From Halomicrobium mukohataei DSM 12286 (GTDB lineage: Archaea > Halobacteriota > Halobacteria > Halobacteriales > Haloarculaceae), in contig NC_013202.1 in the NCBI RefSeq assembly GCF_000023965.1, forward strand, positions 210,001-242,000: a stretch of DNA of 32,000 nt, in the 5' to 3' direction. This document shows, piece by piece, positions 18,086 to 27,504 of this stretch (positions are counted from its first letter, which is position 1; each line of letters opens with the position of its first letter). Made by a program: the position numbers and the translations under genes. The notes beneath the pieces are model-generated. The model was given only the letters and a program-made list of their open reading frames with translations, did no database searches and was not told where the DNA came from.

Positions 18086-19758
18086 CAGTCGGGGCGCGCG
18101 ATCGTGAAGGGGAGCCCTTCCACGCCGTCACGCTGGAAGTCCTCGATCAGTTGGTTCACTTCGTGGTAGCCGACGATGTTCTCCTGGATCGCCCGGCGGA
18201 TGATGTTGGCCCGGAACTCCAGTTCGCCGTAGATCTCGCGGGTGTCTTCGTAGCCAAGCAGCGTCGCGATCTGCTCTTCGAGGACGTAGGAGTTGTTCAT
18301 CGCCTGGAAGTTGATCTCGTCTTCGACAGGGTCCCAATTGAACGCCTGTCGGGTGACGACGCCGTCCATCTCCTTGGAGTAGCCCTCGATCTCCTGGACC
18401 GAGGTGACGCGGCGGAGCACGTCGTCGCCTTGCTTGACGCGGTTCTGGAACAGTGCGATGTCGGCCACGTCCATGAACGTCTCCGGGACGTTGATCGGTT
18501 CGCCGGTAAAGCGCTGGATCATCGAGACGATGTCGCTGGCGTGGAACGTCAGCATGACCGGGTGGCCGGTCTGTGCGGCCTGGAACGCCATCCGACCCTC
18601 CTCGCCACGGACCTCGCCCACGATGATGTAGTCGGGGCGGGAACGCAGCGCGGCCGCCACGAGGTCGAACATGTCGACGCTGGTCCCCTCGTCTTCGCCC
18701 TCGCGCGTGAGGAGTTTCTGCCAGGTGTCGTGGGGCGGCAGCACCTCGGCGGTGTCCTCGGCGGTGTAGATCTTCGAGTCCCGCGGGATGAACGACATGA
18801 TGGAGTTCAGCGTCGTCGTCTTCCCAGAGGCCGTCTCCCCGACGACGAAGACCGTCTGCTCGTTTTCCAGCGCGAGCCAGAGGTACGCCGACAGCTCCGG
18901 GGAGAGCGTGTTCCACTTGGTGATCTGGAAGATCGACAGCGGCGTCTCGGTCCCCTGACGGATCGTGAGCGAGGGTCCCTTCGCGCTCACGTCGTCGGAG
19001 TAAATCAGGTTCAGACGCGACCCGTCCGGCAGCGTCGAGTCGACGATCGGGTCGGAGTCAGAGACCGGGTCGCCCATCCGCTCGCCCATGTTTCGCAGCC
19101 ACTGGTCGAAGGCCGCCTCGGACTCCCACTCGACGGTGGTTTCGAGCATGCCGTAGACCTCGTGGTCGACGTGGCACTCCTGGCGACCGATGACGTGGAT
19201 GTCCTCGTTTGCCGGGTCACGCATCACTGGTTCGAGCGGTCCGAGGCCGACGATGTCGCGGTTGAGCCGATAGAGGATGTTCTCGTACGTGCTCTCGGTG
19301 ACTTCGACCTGTCCGACGCTACCGAGGTTGGCAATACGGGTCAGGACGCCGTCGTTGCCGTCCTCGTCGCGGATCTTGGTCGACTCCTGGAGCAGTTCCT
19401 CGATCCGGTCGTCGTACTCGTTTTCGTTCTGTGGTGCGGGCTTGTTGACGGACTTCTGGAGGAGCTTGTTCCGGACTTTGCTGAAGACGACCGACTCGTC
19501 TTCGTCGAGTTCCGGCTCGATGGCGTAGTACTTCATGTCCTGTCCGATGTCGCCGTAGACGTGACAGAAGATGGGGCCACCGACGGGGTAGAGGACGTTT
19601 GGCCGGTCGGACTCGTAGTCGTCGTCGGCCTCCTCGATGAACTCGGGGAACTCGCCGGTGATCTGCTTGAACTTCTTCAAGTGGTCTCGCAGGTGTGGTC
19701 GTCGCGCCGCTACTTGTCGAAGTTCGTCGGATGGCTTGGGTCGTCCGTGATCTGTCAT
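18085..19758 (-). CDS. arlI: Archaellum motor ATPase ArlI (FlaI)
   Basis: 557 aa with Walker A (GETASGKTTT) and Walker B region (PDYIIVGEVRGEEG). This is the VirB11/FlaI secretion ATPase family. Confidence 0.93.
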   Translation of the reverse strand: MTDHGRPKPSDELRQVAARRPHLRDHLKKFKQITGEFPEFIEEADDDYESDRPNVLYPVGGPIFCHVYGDIGQDMKYYAIEPELDEDESVVFSKVRNKLLQKSVNKPAPQNENEYDDRIEELLQESTKIRDEDGNDGVLTRIANLGSVGQVEVTESTYENILYRLNRDIVGLGPLEPVMRDPANEDIHVIGRQECHVDHEVYGMLETTVEWESEAAFDQWLRNMGERMGDPVSDSDPIVDSTLPDGSRLNLIYSDDVSAKGPSLTIRQGTETPLSIFQITKWNTLSPELSAYLWLALENEQTVFVVGETASGKTTTLNSIMSFIPRDSKIYTAEDTAEVLPPHDTWQKLLTREGEDEGTSVDMFDLVAAALRSRPDYIIVGEVRGEEGRMAFQAAQTGHPVMLTFHASDIVSMIQRFTGEPINVPETFMDVADIALFQNRVKQGDDVLRRVTSVQEIEGYSKEMDGVVTRQAFNWDPVEDEINFQAMNNSYVLEEQIATLLGYEDTREIYGELEFRANIIRRAIQENIVGYHEVNQLIEDFQRDGVEGLPFTIARPD

Positions 19759-20519
19759 TAGGCAACACTCCTGGATTCGATGACGATGCCGGTCCCCGAC
19801 CGCACCGAGAACCCGATGGTGTCACCGACCTGTTCGCCCATCCCGGCGAAGCGTTTGACGCTGACCTGCCGGCGCACGTCGTTGCCGACCTCGACCATCT
19901 CCAGTTCGATGAACACGTCGGCGATCGCGCGGAAGGGACCGATCGCTTCTTCGGCCAGCGTCGAGGGGTCGACGGTCAGCATGATGCACTTGCCCCGAGA
20001 GATCACGTCCCGGAAGAAGGAGATGATCTCCAGGGCGGCCTGTCGCTCCTCGTTCTGGCGGACCAGCGCCTCGAACTTCGGGTCGTTGCGCAGGATGGCG
20101 TCGAACGTGTCGATGATGATCACGTCCGACTCCCACATCACCTCGGCTTCCATCAGTCGACGGAGCAGCTCCTTGCGGTCTTGCTCCTCCTCGTTGCCCG
20201 AGAAGGTGTTCCCGTCGCCGATGTCCGCGTGCAAGAACAGCAGGTTCTCGTCGAGGATGTGATCGACCACGTCGTACGACAGCGAGTGCATCTGATCGAG
20301 GAAGCTCCCGACGGTCAGCTCCGTCGACAGCATCGTCACGTCGTTTTCCTCCTCACAGAGGCCGTAGCTGAACCGCTGGCTCATGGCCGACTTCCCCGCC
20401 CCGTAGTCACCCTCGACGAGGATGATACTGCCCGGGGGGATCCCCCCGCCCAGTTCCTTGTTCAGTCGGTCGTGATCGTCCAGTCCCAGCGAGTACAGAT
20501 CGTTACGTGCGATACTCAT
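19758..20519 (-). CDS. arlH: Archaellum protein ArlH (FlaH), KaiC/RecA-like
   Basis: 253 aa with Walker A (GDYGAGKS) and a RecA-like fold signature. It sits between arlG and arlI. Confidence 0.88.
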   Translation of the reverse strand: MSIARNDLYSLGLDDHDRLNKELGGGIPPGSIILVEGDYGAGKSAMSQRFSYGLCEEENDVTMLSTELTVGSFLDQMHSLSYDVVDHILDENLLFLHADIGDGNTFSGNEEEQDRKELLRRLMEAEVMWESDVIIIDTFDAILRNDPKFEALVRQNEERQAALEIISFFRDVISRGKCIMLTVDPSTLAEEAIGPFRAIADVFIELEMVEVGNDVRRQVSVKRFAGMGEQVGDTIGFSVRSGTGIVIESRSVA

Positions 20520-20968
20520 GTTCGGAATTCGAACACCTCCTCGTCGCCGTTGACGACGATCTTCACCCGGTGGTCACCGGGATCGAGCGGTTCCGAGATG
20601 TCCAGTCGGACCACGTCACCAGCGCCCCAGACCTCGGCTCCGCCCACCAGAGTCACTTCTACGTCCGTCTGGTAGGCACCGTCGACGAAGATGTCGAGCC
20701 GGTCGGCCCTGGCCGGCAGCTGTAACGTTCCGGTGTTCTTGACGTGGAGCGTGATGTTCTGGTTGCCGTCGGCGTCGTAGATCGCGTCGCTACCGCTGTC
20801 AGAGATGATCTCGATGTCACTGCGAACGTCTGAGCTCACGTCGACGCCTTGCTCGCTGATGGCGTCGCTGAGCTGGCCGACGCTGTCGGTGAACACCCCG
20901 ACGACGCTGGCGGCGACCATCATGCTCGCGATGAAGATGATCAGGTGAGACGCGGAGACGCCTGCCAT
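20516..20968 (-). CDS. arlG: Archaellum stator-associated protein ArlG (FlaG)
   Basis: 150 aa with an N-terminal archaellin-like hydrophobic helix ([24 protein letters not shown]). Assigned by operon position. It has an ATGA overlap with arlH. Confidence 0.75.
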   Translation of the reverse strand: MAGVSASHLIIFIASMMVAASVVGVFTDSVGQLSDAISEQGVDVSSDVRSDIEIISDSGSDAIYDADGNQNITLHVKNTGTLQLPARADRLDIFVDGAYQTDVEVTLVGGAEVWGAGDVVRLDISEPLDPGDHRVKIVVNGDEEVFEFRT

Positions 20969-20969
20969 C

Positions 20970-21413
20970 TCAGACCACCTCCGTCGTCGTCGCCGTGTCG
21001 GCGACGCCGGTGCCGGAGACGACCTTGACGCGCCCCGGATCGTCGTCGAGCGCCGTCACGGTGATCGTCAGCTGCTCCTGTGGGAGCCACAGATCGGTGT
21101 CATCGTCGCCACCGACCGACGTGTCGTACCCCGACTGGTAGCTGTTGTCGGCCAGTAGATCCACGTCGCTGACCGCCAGCGACTCGGAACCGGTGTTGTT
21201 GACCGCGACCGTCAGCGTCCGGCTGGTGGTGTTCCAGGTCGCGCTCGTCACGTCGATGGCCGTGTTCTGCTGGGCCAGGGTTCGGTCGGTCCGATCCTCC
21301 TGGGCCTCGGAGACGCGCTCGAAGCCGTTGGTCGTCGCCGTATGGAACATGCCGAAGGCGATGAACATCCCGGCGAAGACGATCGCCGCCGAGCCACTAA
21401 CGCTGAAGCCCAT
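20970..21413 (-). CDS. arlF: Archaellum stator-associated protein ArlF (FlaF)
   Basis: Starts [21 protein letters not shown], a typical FlaF N-terminus. The ATG at 21413 is preferred over the GTG at 21422. It overlaps the arlCE 3' end by 17 nt. Confidence 0.75.
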   Translation of the reverse strand: MGFSVSGSAAIVFAGMFIAFGMFHTATTNGFERVSEAQEDRTDRTLAQQNTAIDVTSATWNTTSRTLTVAVNNTGSESLAVSDVDLLADNSYQSGYDTSVGGDDDTDLWLPQEQLTITVTALDDDPGRVKVVSGTGVADTATTTEVV

Positions 21414-23058
21414 CGGAACCACCTCCGCGAACCAGCTTCGACAGGGCCACTGCGTCGGCCCCGCTGTCCTCGTCGAGCTGACTGATGTAGTGGAGACTCC
21501 GCGTGTGGTGGTCGATCGTCAGCCCGCCCTTGCCGCCGGACTCCTCGAAGCCACGGAGGACCTCGTGGAGGTCGTCGGCGACGGCCTCGTCGATCCAGTC
21601 GATCCGCTCGTAGTAGTCGATGGCGCGTGCGGCTTCCCGGTAGCTTGCCTGTTCGAGGAGGTATTCGAGCCACTCGACGACGATCAGGTCGCTTGCGAAG
21701 CCGCCGGGAAGCTCCGAGAGGTACGGCTTGCCCCCGTCATCCGCCGACGCGTTCGGCGTCTGCTCTAGCTCGGGTTCCGGCTCCGGTTCCGCAGTGGTCG
21801 TCGGCTCTGGTTCCGGCTCCGGTTCCGCAGTGGTCGTCGGCTCCGGCTCTGGCTCCGGTTCCGGCTCGGGCTCTGGCTCCGGTTCCAGCTCTGGCTCCGG
21901 TTCCGGTTCCGGCTCGGGCTCTGGCTCCGGTTCGCTCGCGTCCGCTTCGGCCGTGAGGTCCTCGTCGTCGTCCTCGATGACGTCGTCGAACAGATCGTCG
22001 TCCGCGAGACCGTCGAGGTCGTCGCCGTCCTCCTCGATGCCCGAGGAGAGTTCGTCGTCTTCGAGGGCCATCTCGTCGTCCCCGTCGTCCTCGTCGAGCG
22101 CCATGTCGCCGCCGGGACTGTCCTCTTCTGCCCACTCGGCGTCGCCGGAGTCGTACTCGTCTTTGAGTTCCTGAAACGATTTTCCGCCCTCCCCGTCGCC
22201 GTCGCCACCGTCGTCCATGTCCATGCTCATGTCGTCGTCCTCCTCGTCGAAGTCGCCGAGGTCGTCGCCCCCCTCGTCGAAGTCGTCGAAGTCGTCTTCG
22301 AAACTGCCGCCGTCGTCCTCGAAACCGCCGTCGTCGCTACCGTCGTCTGCAAACACGTCGTCGACGCTGTCACCGCCGCCGCCCAGATCGTCGCCGTCGT
22401 CCTCGACCAGATCCTCGTCGAAGAACCCCTCGGCGTCGGCGTTGGCGATGTCTTCGTCGATGTCCTCCTCTGTCTCGTCGTCATCGTCGTCGAAGAGGCC
22501 GAAACCGCCGCCGCCACCCATGCCGCCACCGCCGCCCATACCGGCGTCGATGTCGTCCGCGAAGGGGTTGACGCCACGGGTGACCATCTCGTAGATGTCA
22601 AGCAGCTTGCGGACGTTCTCTTCGACTTCTTCGACGGACTCGCTGATCTGCTCGTTTTCGGTCCGGACCGTGTTGACCGTCGACGACAGCGATCCGACCT
22701 CGTTTTCGAGCTCGTCGAGGCGGTGTTCGAGTTCGTCGGTGTCCTGGCCGGCGTCGTCCATGTCGCCGAACTCGTCGCCACCGAACCCGTCCATGTCGTC
22801 GCCACCCATGCCGCCGAGATCGCCGAACTCGTCGTCACCGCCGTCGTCGGCCATGAGCCCCCCGCCGTCGGCGAGTTCGTCGCCGTCGTCACCACCCGCG
22901 TCGTCCGACTCCTCGTCGTCCGAGAGAATGGAGTCGAACATGTTCTTGATGCTCATCCCGACGAGCCCGCCAGTGAGGAGAACGACGAGAGCGGGCGCGA
23001 AGATCGATCCCTCCGGGATCGCCACCTGAAGCGTCGGGAAGAGCGCAATGCTACTCAT
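21397..23058 (-). CDS. arlCE: Archaellum accessory fusion protein ArlCE (FlaC domain plus FlaD/E domain) with very long acidic low-complexity linkers
   Basis: 553 aa. It has a FlaC-like coiled coil ([58 protein letters not shown]) and a C-terminal FlaD/E-like domain ([24 protein letters not shown]...[12 protein letters not shown]). D/E/G-rich and (EP)n tracts lie between them. Confidence 0.8.
   Translation of the reverse strand: MSSIALFPTLQVAIPEGSIFAPALVVLLTGGLVGMSIKNMFDSILSDDEESDDAGGDDGDELADGGGLMADDGGDDEFGDLGGMGGDDMDGFGGDEFGDMDDAGQDTDELEHRLDELENEVGSLSSTVNTVRTENEQISESVEEVEENVRKLLDIYEMVTRGVNPFADDIDAGMGGGGGMGGGGGFGLFDDDDDETEEDIDEDIANADAEGFFDEDLVEDDGDDLGGGGDSVDDVFADDGSDDGGFEDDGGSFEDDFDDFDEGGDDLGDFDEEDDDMSMDMDDGGDGDGEGGKSFQELKDEYDSGDAEWAEEDSPGGDMALDEDDGDDEMALEDDELSSGIEEDGDDLDGLADDDLFDDVIEDDDEDLTAEADASEPEPEPEPEPEPEPELEPEPEPEPEPEPEPEPTTTAEPEPEPEPTTTAEPEPEPELEQTPNASADDGGKPYLSELPGGFASDLIVVEWLEYLLEQASYREAARAIDYYERIDWIDEAVADDLHEVLRGFEESGGKGGLTIDHHTRSLHYISQLDEDSGADAVALSKLVRGGGSDGLQR
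21766..21933 (-). repeat. In-frame coding repeat: 6-nt (GGYTCN)n tract encoding (EP)n, with a 36-bp tandem duplication
   Basis: ggttccggctccggttccgcagtggtcgtcggctc occurs at about 21773 and again at about 21809 (period 36). The tract encodes [12 protein letters not shown] twice, embedded in 56 residues of EP/EL repeats. Confidence 0.9.
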
Positions 23059-23086
23059 CGTACCTAAAACTGGATGTTCATACCCT

Positions 23087-23094
23087 TCAATATT
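23087..23094 (-). promoter_or_regulatory. TATA-like box (AATATTGA on the minus strand) for the arlCE-arlJ operon
   Basis: It lies in the AT-rich stretch 23060-23160, 29-36 nt upstream of the arlCE ATG at 23058. Confidence 0.35.
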
Positions 23095-23304
23095 CCGTCT
23101 ACCATATCATATCTGATAACAGACTCGTTAGTTACTGGCCAGAAGTACGGAATAAACCGCAGAGAGGCTGGCGAGATCGTCAGCGAGATCCTTCCGACAC
23201 GTCGTCGCGGGAAGGATCGTCAGACGAACGGTATCGACCGCGTCTCCGTCCGTCGCGTGTCTGGCATGCGTCAGACGCAGGTACCCGACGACGCCTCGCG
23301 CGGG

Positions 23305-23823
23305 CTACAGCGTCGCGGTGCCCTGACTCGCGCTCTTGACGATCAGATCGCCAGTCGCGGCTTTGAGACGAAGCGAGCGGCCGTAATCGCCGCCGACGTC
23401 CTCGCCGAGGATCGGGACGTCGTTCGCCGCGAGCGTCTCGCGGACGATGGCGGCGTTGCGAGAGCCGATGCTGGAGCCGTTCTCCGAGAAGTCGAGCATG
23501 TCGCTCCCGCCCGCGATCTTCGCCTCCATGGAGCGACGCTGTGCGCCGGCCCGCTCCATCTCTTCGAGTAACACCTCGACACCGGTGTCGGCGAACTTCG
23601 CGCGAGCGCCCTCGCCCTCGTCGTGTCGTGGCAACATAACGTGAACGAGACCCGCGGTGTTCGAGTCCGGGTCGTACAGTGCGACCCCGATACAGGATCC
23701 CAGCCCGCTGGTGGTCAGCACCGCCTCGTCCGTCGTCACCGCGTACTCGGCGATACCGACCTTCTTGCGCTCGGGCTGCCCGACCGACTCCTGTTCCGTC
23801 TGGCTCCCGTCGTACACTTTCAT
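23305..23823 (-). CDS. cheD: Chemoreceptor glutamine deamidase CheD
   Basis: 172 aa from the internal ATG (MKVYDGSQ...) of the 23305..24687 ORF. It has the CheD signature TSGLGSCIGVALYD ... GLVHVMLP. Confidence 0.9.
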   Translation of the reverse strand: MKVYDGSQTEQESVGQPERKKVGIAEYAVTTDEAVLTTSGLGSCIGVALYDPDSNTAGLVHVMLPRHDEGEGARAKFADTGVEVLLEEMERAGAQRRSMEAKIAGGSDMLDFSENGSSIGSRNAAIVRETLAANDVPILGEDVGGDYGRSLRLKAATGDLIVKSASQGTATL

Positions 23824-23825
23824 TG

Positions 23826-25037
23826 TCAGAATATCTGTTCGACGTCGGCGTCGGTCTGGTCGGCCCTGTCCACTTCGAGTTCCTCGAGCGCCTGGCGGAG
23901 CTCTTTCTCGTCGGGGAGGGCGTGGATCTCGCTGCTGAACTCGATCTCGTCGGTCCGCATCTCCGACTCGATGATGAACGAGTGTTCCTGGTGCTGGCCG
24001 ACCTGTGCCGCGAGCGGGTCGACGATCGCCTGCCCGATGTCGTGGACGAGCTGTGGCGGAGTGTGATCGACCGAGGTCTGGAGGACGTTCGCCCAGCCGT
24101 CGACGAAACCACTGGTCATGATGTTGCCCAGTTCTTCGATCGCGGCCTTGTGTTGCTCGGTGAGTCCCTCGCCGTCCGGTTCGGTCGGCATCAGCGCCTC
24201 GGCGACGTTCTGGGCCGAGACCTCGTCGAACAACACGAGGAGGTAGCCACTGGGGACGCCGGTGAACTCCACGACCGTGCCGACGTAGGTGTCGTCGCCG
24301 ATCTGCTTGGGCACGTCTTCGATGGGTGCGAAGCTGATCTGGGTCACTTCCGCCTCCGTCGGGATGCCGGTCATCATCTCGACGTTCTCGGCCGCCTGTT
24401 CGGTCCCGCTCGTCGTCATCTCGTTGAACACGCTCAGCTTGTCGATCGGGATGGCGTCGCCGCCCGGCTCCGCGTGGTCGGTCATCAGCTCCGCGAGCGT
24501 GTCGTACTCGGGGAGCATGTAGATGTAGAAGTTGAGCGACTCGCCGACCCACTCGATCTGGGACTTGAAGACGAACACCTGCGGCTGGTCGGCCACCGTC
24601 GGCGCTGGCGGGAGTACGTCGGCTCCGGTCGCCTCGATGTACTCGGGGGGACTGTGTTCGATCGTCGTCCCGAGGTAGTCGGCCCACCCGTCGATGAAGC
24701 CGCTCATCATGATGTTGCCGATCTCCTCGACGCTGCTCTGTGCCATCTCGCCGTCCGCACCGCCGGGCACCAGCGCCTCCGTGATCGGACCGACCGAGTC
24801 CGACTCGAAGACGAGCACGGTGTCGCCGTCGAGTGCCCCCTCGAAGTCGAACTGCACGCCGACGAAGTCCTGACCGGCGAGTTCTTCGCCAACGTCGTCC
24901 CGGTTCAACAGCGTGATCTTCGTCACGTCGACGACGGCGTCGATGCCGGTCATCTGGGCCAGCGACTGAGTCGCCTGTTCGGCACCCTCGTGTGCGAGCT
25001 GGTTGAACGTACCGAGCGACTGAATGTCGACTTTCAT
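23826..25037 (-). CDS. cheC: CheC-family CheY-P phosphatase with a duplicated CheC domain
   Basis: 403 aa in two homologous halves, each with E-x2-N motifs (VEEIGNIMMSGFIDGWA and IEELGNIMTSGFVDGWA). Confidence 0.85.
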   Translation of the reverse strand: MKVDIQSLGTFNQLAHEGAEQATQSLAQMTGIDAVVDVTKITLLNRDDVGEELAGQDFVGVQFDFEGALDGDTVLVFESDSVGPITEALVPGGADGEMAQSSVEEIGNIMMSGFIDGWADYLGTTIEHSPPEYIEATGADVLPPAPTVADQPQVFVFKSQIEWVGESLNFYIYMLPEYDTLAELMTDHAEPGGDAIPIDKLSVFNEMTTSGTEQAAENVEMMTGIPTEAEVTQISFAPIEDVPKQIGDDTYVGTVVEFTGVPSGYLLVLFDEVSAQNVAEALMPTEPDGEGLTEQHKAAIEELGNIMTSGFVDGWANVLQTSVDHTPPQLVHDIGQAIVDPLAAQVGQHQEHSFIIESEMRTDEIEFSSEIHALPDEKELRQALEELEVDRADQTDADVEQIF

Positions 25038-25038
25038 C

Positions 25039-25398
25039 TTACGAGGGGACGACGTCCTCGATAGCCTCCATCACGCTGGGTTTCTGGAACGGCTTGGTGA
25101 TGTATCCGTCAGCACCGGCTTTGACGGCCTCTTTCATCTTCTCCTCCTGTCCGACGCTGGTACACATGATGACGTTGGCGTCGGGGTTGGAAGTCTTGAT
25201 CTCGTCGGTCGCCTCGATCCCGTCCCGGATCGGCATCACGATGTCCATCATCACCAGATCCGGTGTCTGTTCTTTGTACACTTCGACAGCTTCGACGCCG
25301 TTTTCGACCTCCCCCACGATGTTGTGATCCTCTTCGAGGATCTCGCGCAGGAGGTTGCGCATAAACTCCGAGTCGTCGGCGATCAGTACGTCTGGCAT
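25039..25398 (-). CDS. cheY: Chemotaxis response regulator CheY
   Basis: Single receiver domain with acidic pocket ADDSEF, phospho-acceptor MMDIVMP, T in CTSVG and K in ITKPF. The ATG at 25398 is preferred over the GTG at 25407. Confidence 0.9.
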   Translation of the reverse strand: MPDVLIADDSEFMRNLLREILEEDHNIVGEVENGVEAVEVYKEQTPDLVMMDIVMPIRDGIEATDEIKTSNPDANVIMCTSVGQEEKMKEAVKAGADGYITKPFQKPSVMEAIEDVVPS

Positions 25399-25427
25399 AC
25401 CTATCACTGCAGTTGTACCGTGAATAG

Positions 25428-25436
25428 CTAAATAAA
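25428..25436 (-). promoter_or_regulatory. TATA-like box (TTTATTTAG on the minus strand) for cheY-cheC-cheD
   Basis: An AT-rich element 30-38 nt upstream of the cheY ATG, in the 108-bp spacer after the upstream membrane-protein gene. Confidence 0.4.
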
Positions 25437-25506
25437 CCCTTGCACGGAATTATCGGGCTTGATATTCGCTCGACGGCAGCCAGGTTCCGGACGCTCGAAG
25501 GGACGA

Positions 25507-27504
25507 TCACAGAATCGGCACAAGACGGGCGATCAGCCCGACGACGTCGAACGCGAACGGGCCGTACGCGAAGTATTCCACCGACGCCAGTGAGAGATAG
25601 ACGGTCGTCGCGCCACCGGCCACCGCCATCCCGATAGCGACGGATCGGGGTGAGACGCGATCGGGGGCGACGGTCCGACCGACGACGAGGACGGCAGCGA
25701 CCGCCGCGACACAGAGCCCGAACAGCGCGTGGAACTGGATCGCCTCCCCGAGTGCCGGATCGAGGACGCCGAGGACGACCGCCGCCAGAGCCGGCCCGAC
25801 CAGGATCGTGCCGGCGTAGACACCAGCGATCGTCCGGGGAGCCCCGGAGATCGCCTCCCGAACCGCAGGGAGACGGAAGGGACAGTACGACGCCAGTGCG
25901 ATCGCTGGCAGCAGGTACCGGACGGTGAGCTGGCTGAACAGCGGGAGCCGAGGGAGATAGACGAGCGTGAGCACGACGGCGTAGCTCGCGACGAGCAGAT
26001 CCGTCTGGCGTCGCGGACCCAGCCGGGAGAGGGCGACGCCGTGTCGCCGGATGTGAACGGCGGCGACCGCCGGGAGTGCGAGGAGCGTCCCGACGATCGG
26101 CGTCGACTCGACGACCGAGAGATCGATCGTCTCGTAGTCGTTGATTCCGGACAGGGACGCCGAGTTGCCGCGTCGGACGAAGATCTCCCAGAGCCGCTCG
26201 TGTTCGCCCGCGGCTGCAACGCCGTCGGAAACCGCAGCAACGGCGTAGTTACCGATGAATACGAGTTGCGCCAGGACCGTCTCGGCGAGCGTCGAGAGCG
26301 CGAAAAGCGGCGACAGGAGTCCGAAGAGTTCGTCGAGGAGTGTCCGCTGTGTCTCGTCGCCACCAGTCGGGTCGGCGTCCGCGTCGCCACCGGCCGTTCC
26401 CGAAGCCGCGTCACCGTCGCCCGCTTTGGCACCATCGGTCGGTGCGAGTTCGACGCTCTCGGGCCCGACGTTCGGGAGGAGTCGTGGCGGACGGAGCGGA
26501 TTCCCGTTGATGAGCACGTTCGTGACGGCCATCGGGAGCACGGAGAGCACGAAGATCCCCCCGACGACGGCGAGACGACGGCGGCTCTTCCGGGGTTCGG
26601 TGAGGAAGTCGACGGCGAACAGCGCGGCCGTGAGGAAGAACCCCTCGAAGGCGTGGACCCACGCGACCAGCCCGAGCGCACCGTACGCGAGGCCGTGTGC
26701 CACGTAGCTCGCCCGGCCGTCCAGTTGCCGGCTCCGTGCGAACGCGAACACGGACCAGAAGACGAGCGCCGTGACCAGCACGTGGCGCTTCGGAATCGTC
26801 GCCCAGAAGCCGACCGGCGTCGCGAGCGCGAGGGCGACCCCCGCGGCGACGGCCACGCGCCGGTCGTGGAACGCACCGACGAGCCGGTAGCACGACACCG
26901 CGACCACTCCAGCGGCCGCGAGCGTACTGAGCTGGAGCGCGACCAGCGGCAGCTGGGATCGATCGAGCGCCGTCGCGAGAACCACCGCAGCGGCGAACCA
27001 GGCGCTCGCGACGGCGACGGCGACGAGACGGAGCCACCGTCGATCGAAGCGGGCGGCCAGCCGTCGCCCGAGGCCGACGACGCCGAGCGCCCACCCACCG
27101 GCGAGCACGAGGCGAGGCGGCGCGACGACGCTGGCACCCTCAAGGAGCCAGAGGAATGGCAGCGCGGCCACGACCTGCCCGTAGTTGCGGGCGTAGAACC
27201 GACCGCCGTACTCGTGGAGGCCGGGCTGGGTGCCCAGCGTCAGCGAGTACTGGAAGTCCGGCGGTGTCATCGCGAGTCGGCCGTCCGCCAGATTCGCGAC
27301 GGCGTTGGCGATGGGGTACGTGTCCGTGATGAAGAAGCCGACCCGCCAGGACAGCGCTCCCAGTAACACGACGCCGAGCCACAGCGTCAGGCCGATCGCG
27401 TCCCCGAAGACGAACTGTCCCGCGCGGTCCGCGTACCGGGAGAGACGGTCCGACCAGACCGAACGGAACTGGGCGTCGACGCCGCTCGATCGATCACCGT
27501 TCAT
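25507..27504 (-). CDS. Large polytopic membrane protein (665 aa, about 15-16 hydrophobic segments), function unknown
   Basis: A long ORF with regularly spaced hydrophobic helices and a central acidic Gly/Asp loop (..GDGDAASGTAGGDADADPTGGDE..). Its ATG overlaps the stop of the upstream gene (ATGA at 27501-27504). Confidence 0.7.
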   Translation of the reverse strand: MNGDRSSGVDAQFRSVWSDRLSRYADRAGQFVFGDAIGLTLWLGVVLLGALSWRVGFFITDTYPIANAVANLADGRLAMTPPDFQYSLTLGTQPGLHEYGGRFYARNYGQVVAALPFLWLLEGASVVAPPRLVLAGGWALGVVGLGRRLAARFDRRWLRLVAVAVASAWFAAAVVLATALDRSQLPLVALQLSTLAAAGVVAVSCYRLVGAFHDRRVAVAAGVALALATPVGFWATIPKRHVLVTALVFWSVFAFARSRQLDGRASYVAHGLAYGALGLVAWVHAFEGFFLTAALFAVDFLTEPRKSRRRLAVVGGIFVLSVLPMAVTNVLINGNPLRPPRLLPNVGPESVELAPTDGAKAGDGDAASGTAGGDADADPTGGDETQRTLLDELFGLLSPLFALSTLAETVLAQLVFIGNYAVAAVSDGVAAAGEHERLWEIFVRRGNSASLSGINDYETIDLSVVESTPIVGTLLALPAVAAVHIRRHGVALSRLGPRRQTDLLVASYAVVLTLVYLPRLPLFSQLTVRYLLPAIALASYCPFRLPAVREAISGAPRTIAGVYAGTILVGPALAAVVLGVLDPALGEAIQFHALFGLCVAAVAAVLVVGRTVAPDRVSPRSVAIGMAVAGGATTVYLSLASVEYFAYGPFAFDVVGLIARLVPIL

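Noticed and set aside
18079-20675. Plus-strand ORFs 18079..19761 (560 aa) and 19695..20675 (326 aa) antisense to arlI and arlH
   Set aside because: Shadow ORFs. The minus-strand frames have FlaI and FlaH Walker motifs and operon-style start/stop overlaps.
21397-21422. GTG at 21422 as the arlF start (ORF-track coordinate)
   Set aside because: The ATG three codons downstream gives the canonical FlaF N-terminus MGFSVSG and shortens the overlap with arlCE. The difference is only 9 nt.
21766-21933. The GGYTCN-periodic tract as a non-coding microsatellite or spacer-repeat array
   Set aside because: It is in frame within arlCE and encodes (EP)n. The flanking sequence on both sides continues the same ORF into recognisable FlaC and FlaD/E domains.
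23679-27366. Plus-strand ORFs 23679..25064 (461 aa) and 25729..27366 (545 aa), the N-terminal 288 aa of 23305..24687 -, and 25533..27143 -
   Set aside because: Arg/Asp/Glu/Pro-rich shadow frames of cheC, cheD and the 665-aa membrane protein gene. cheD starts at the internal Met (23823), 2 nt after the cheC stop.
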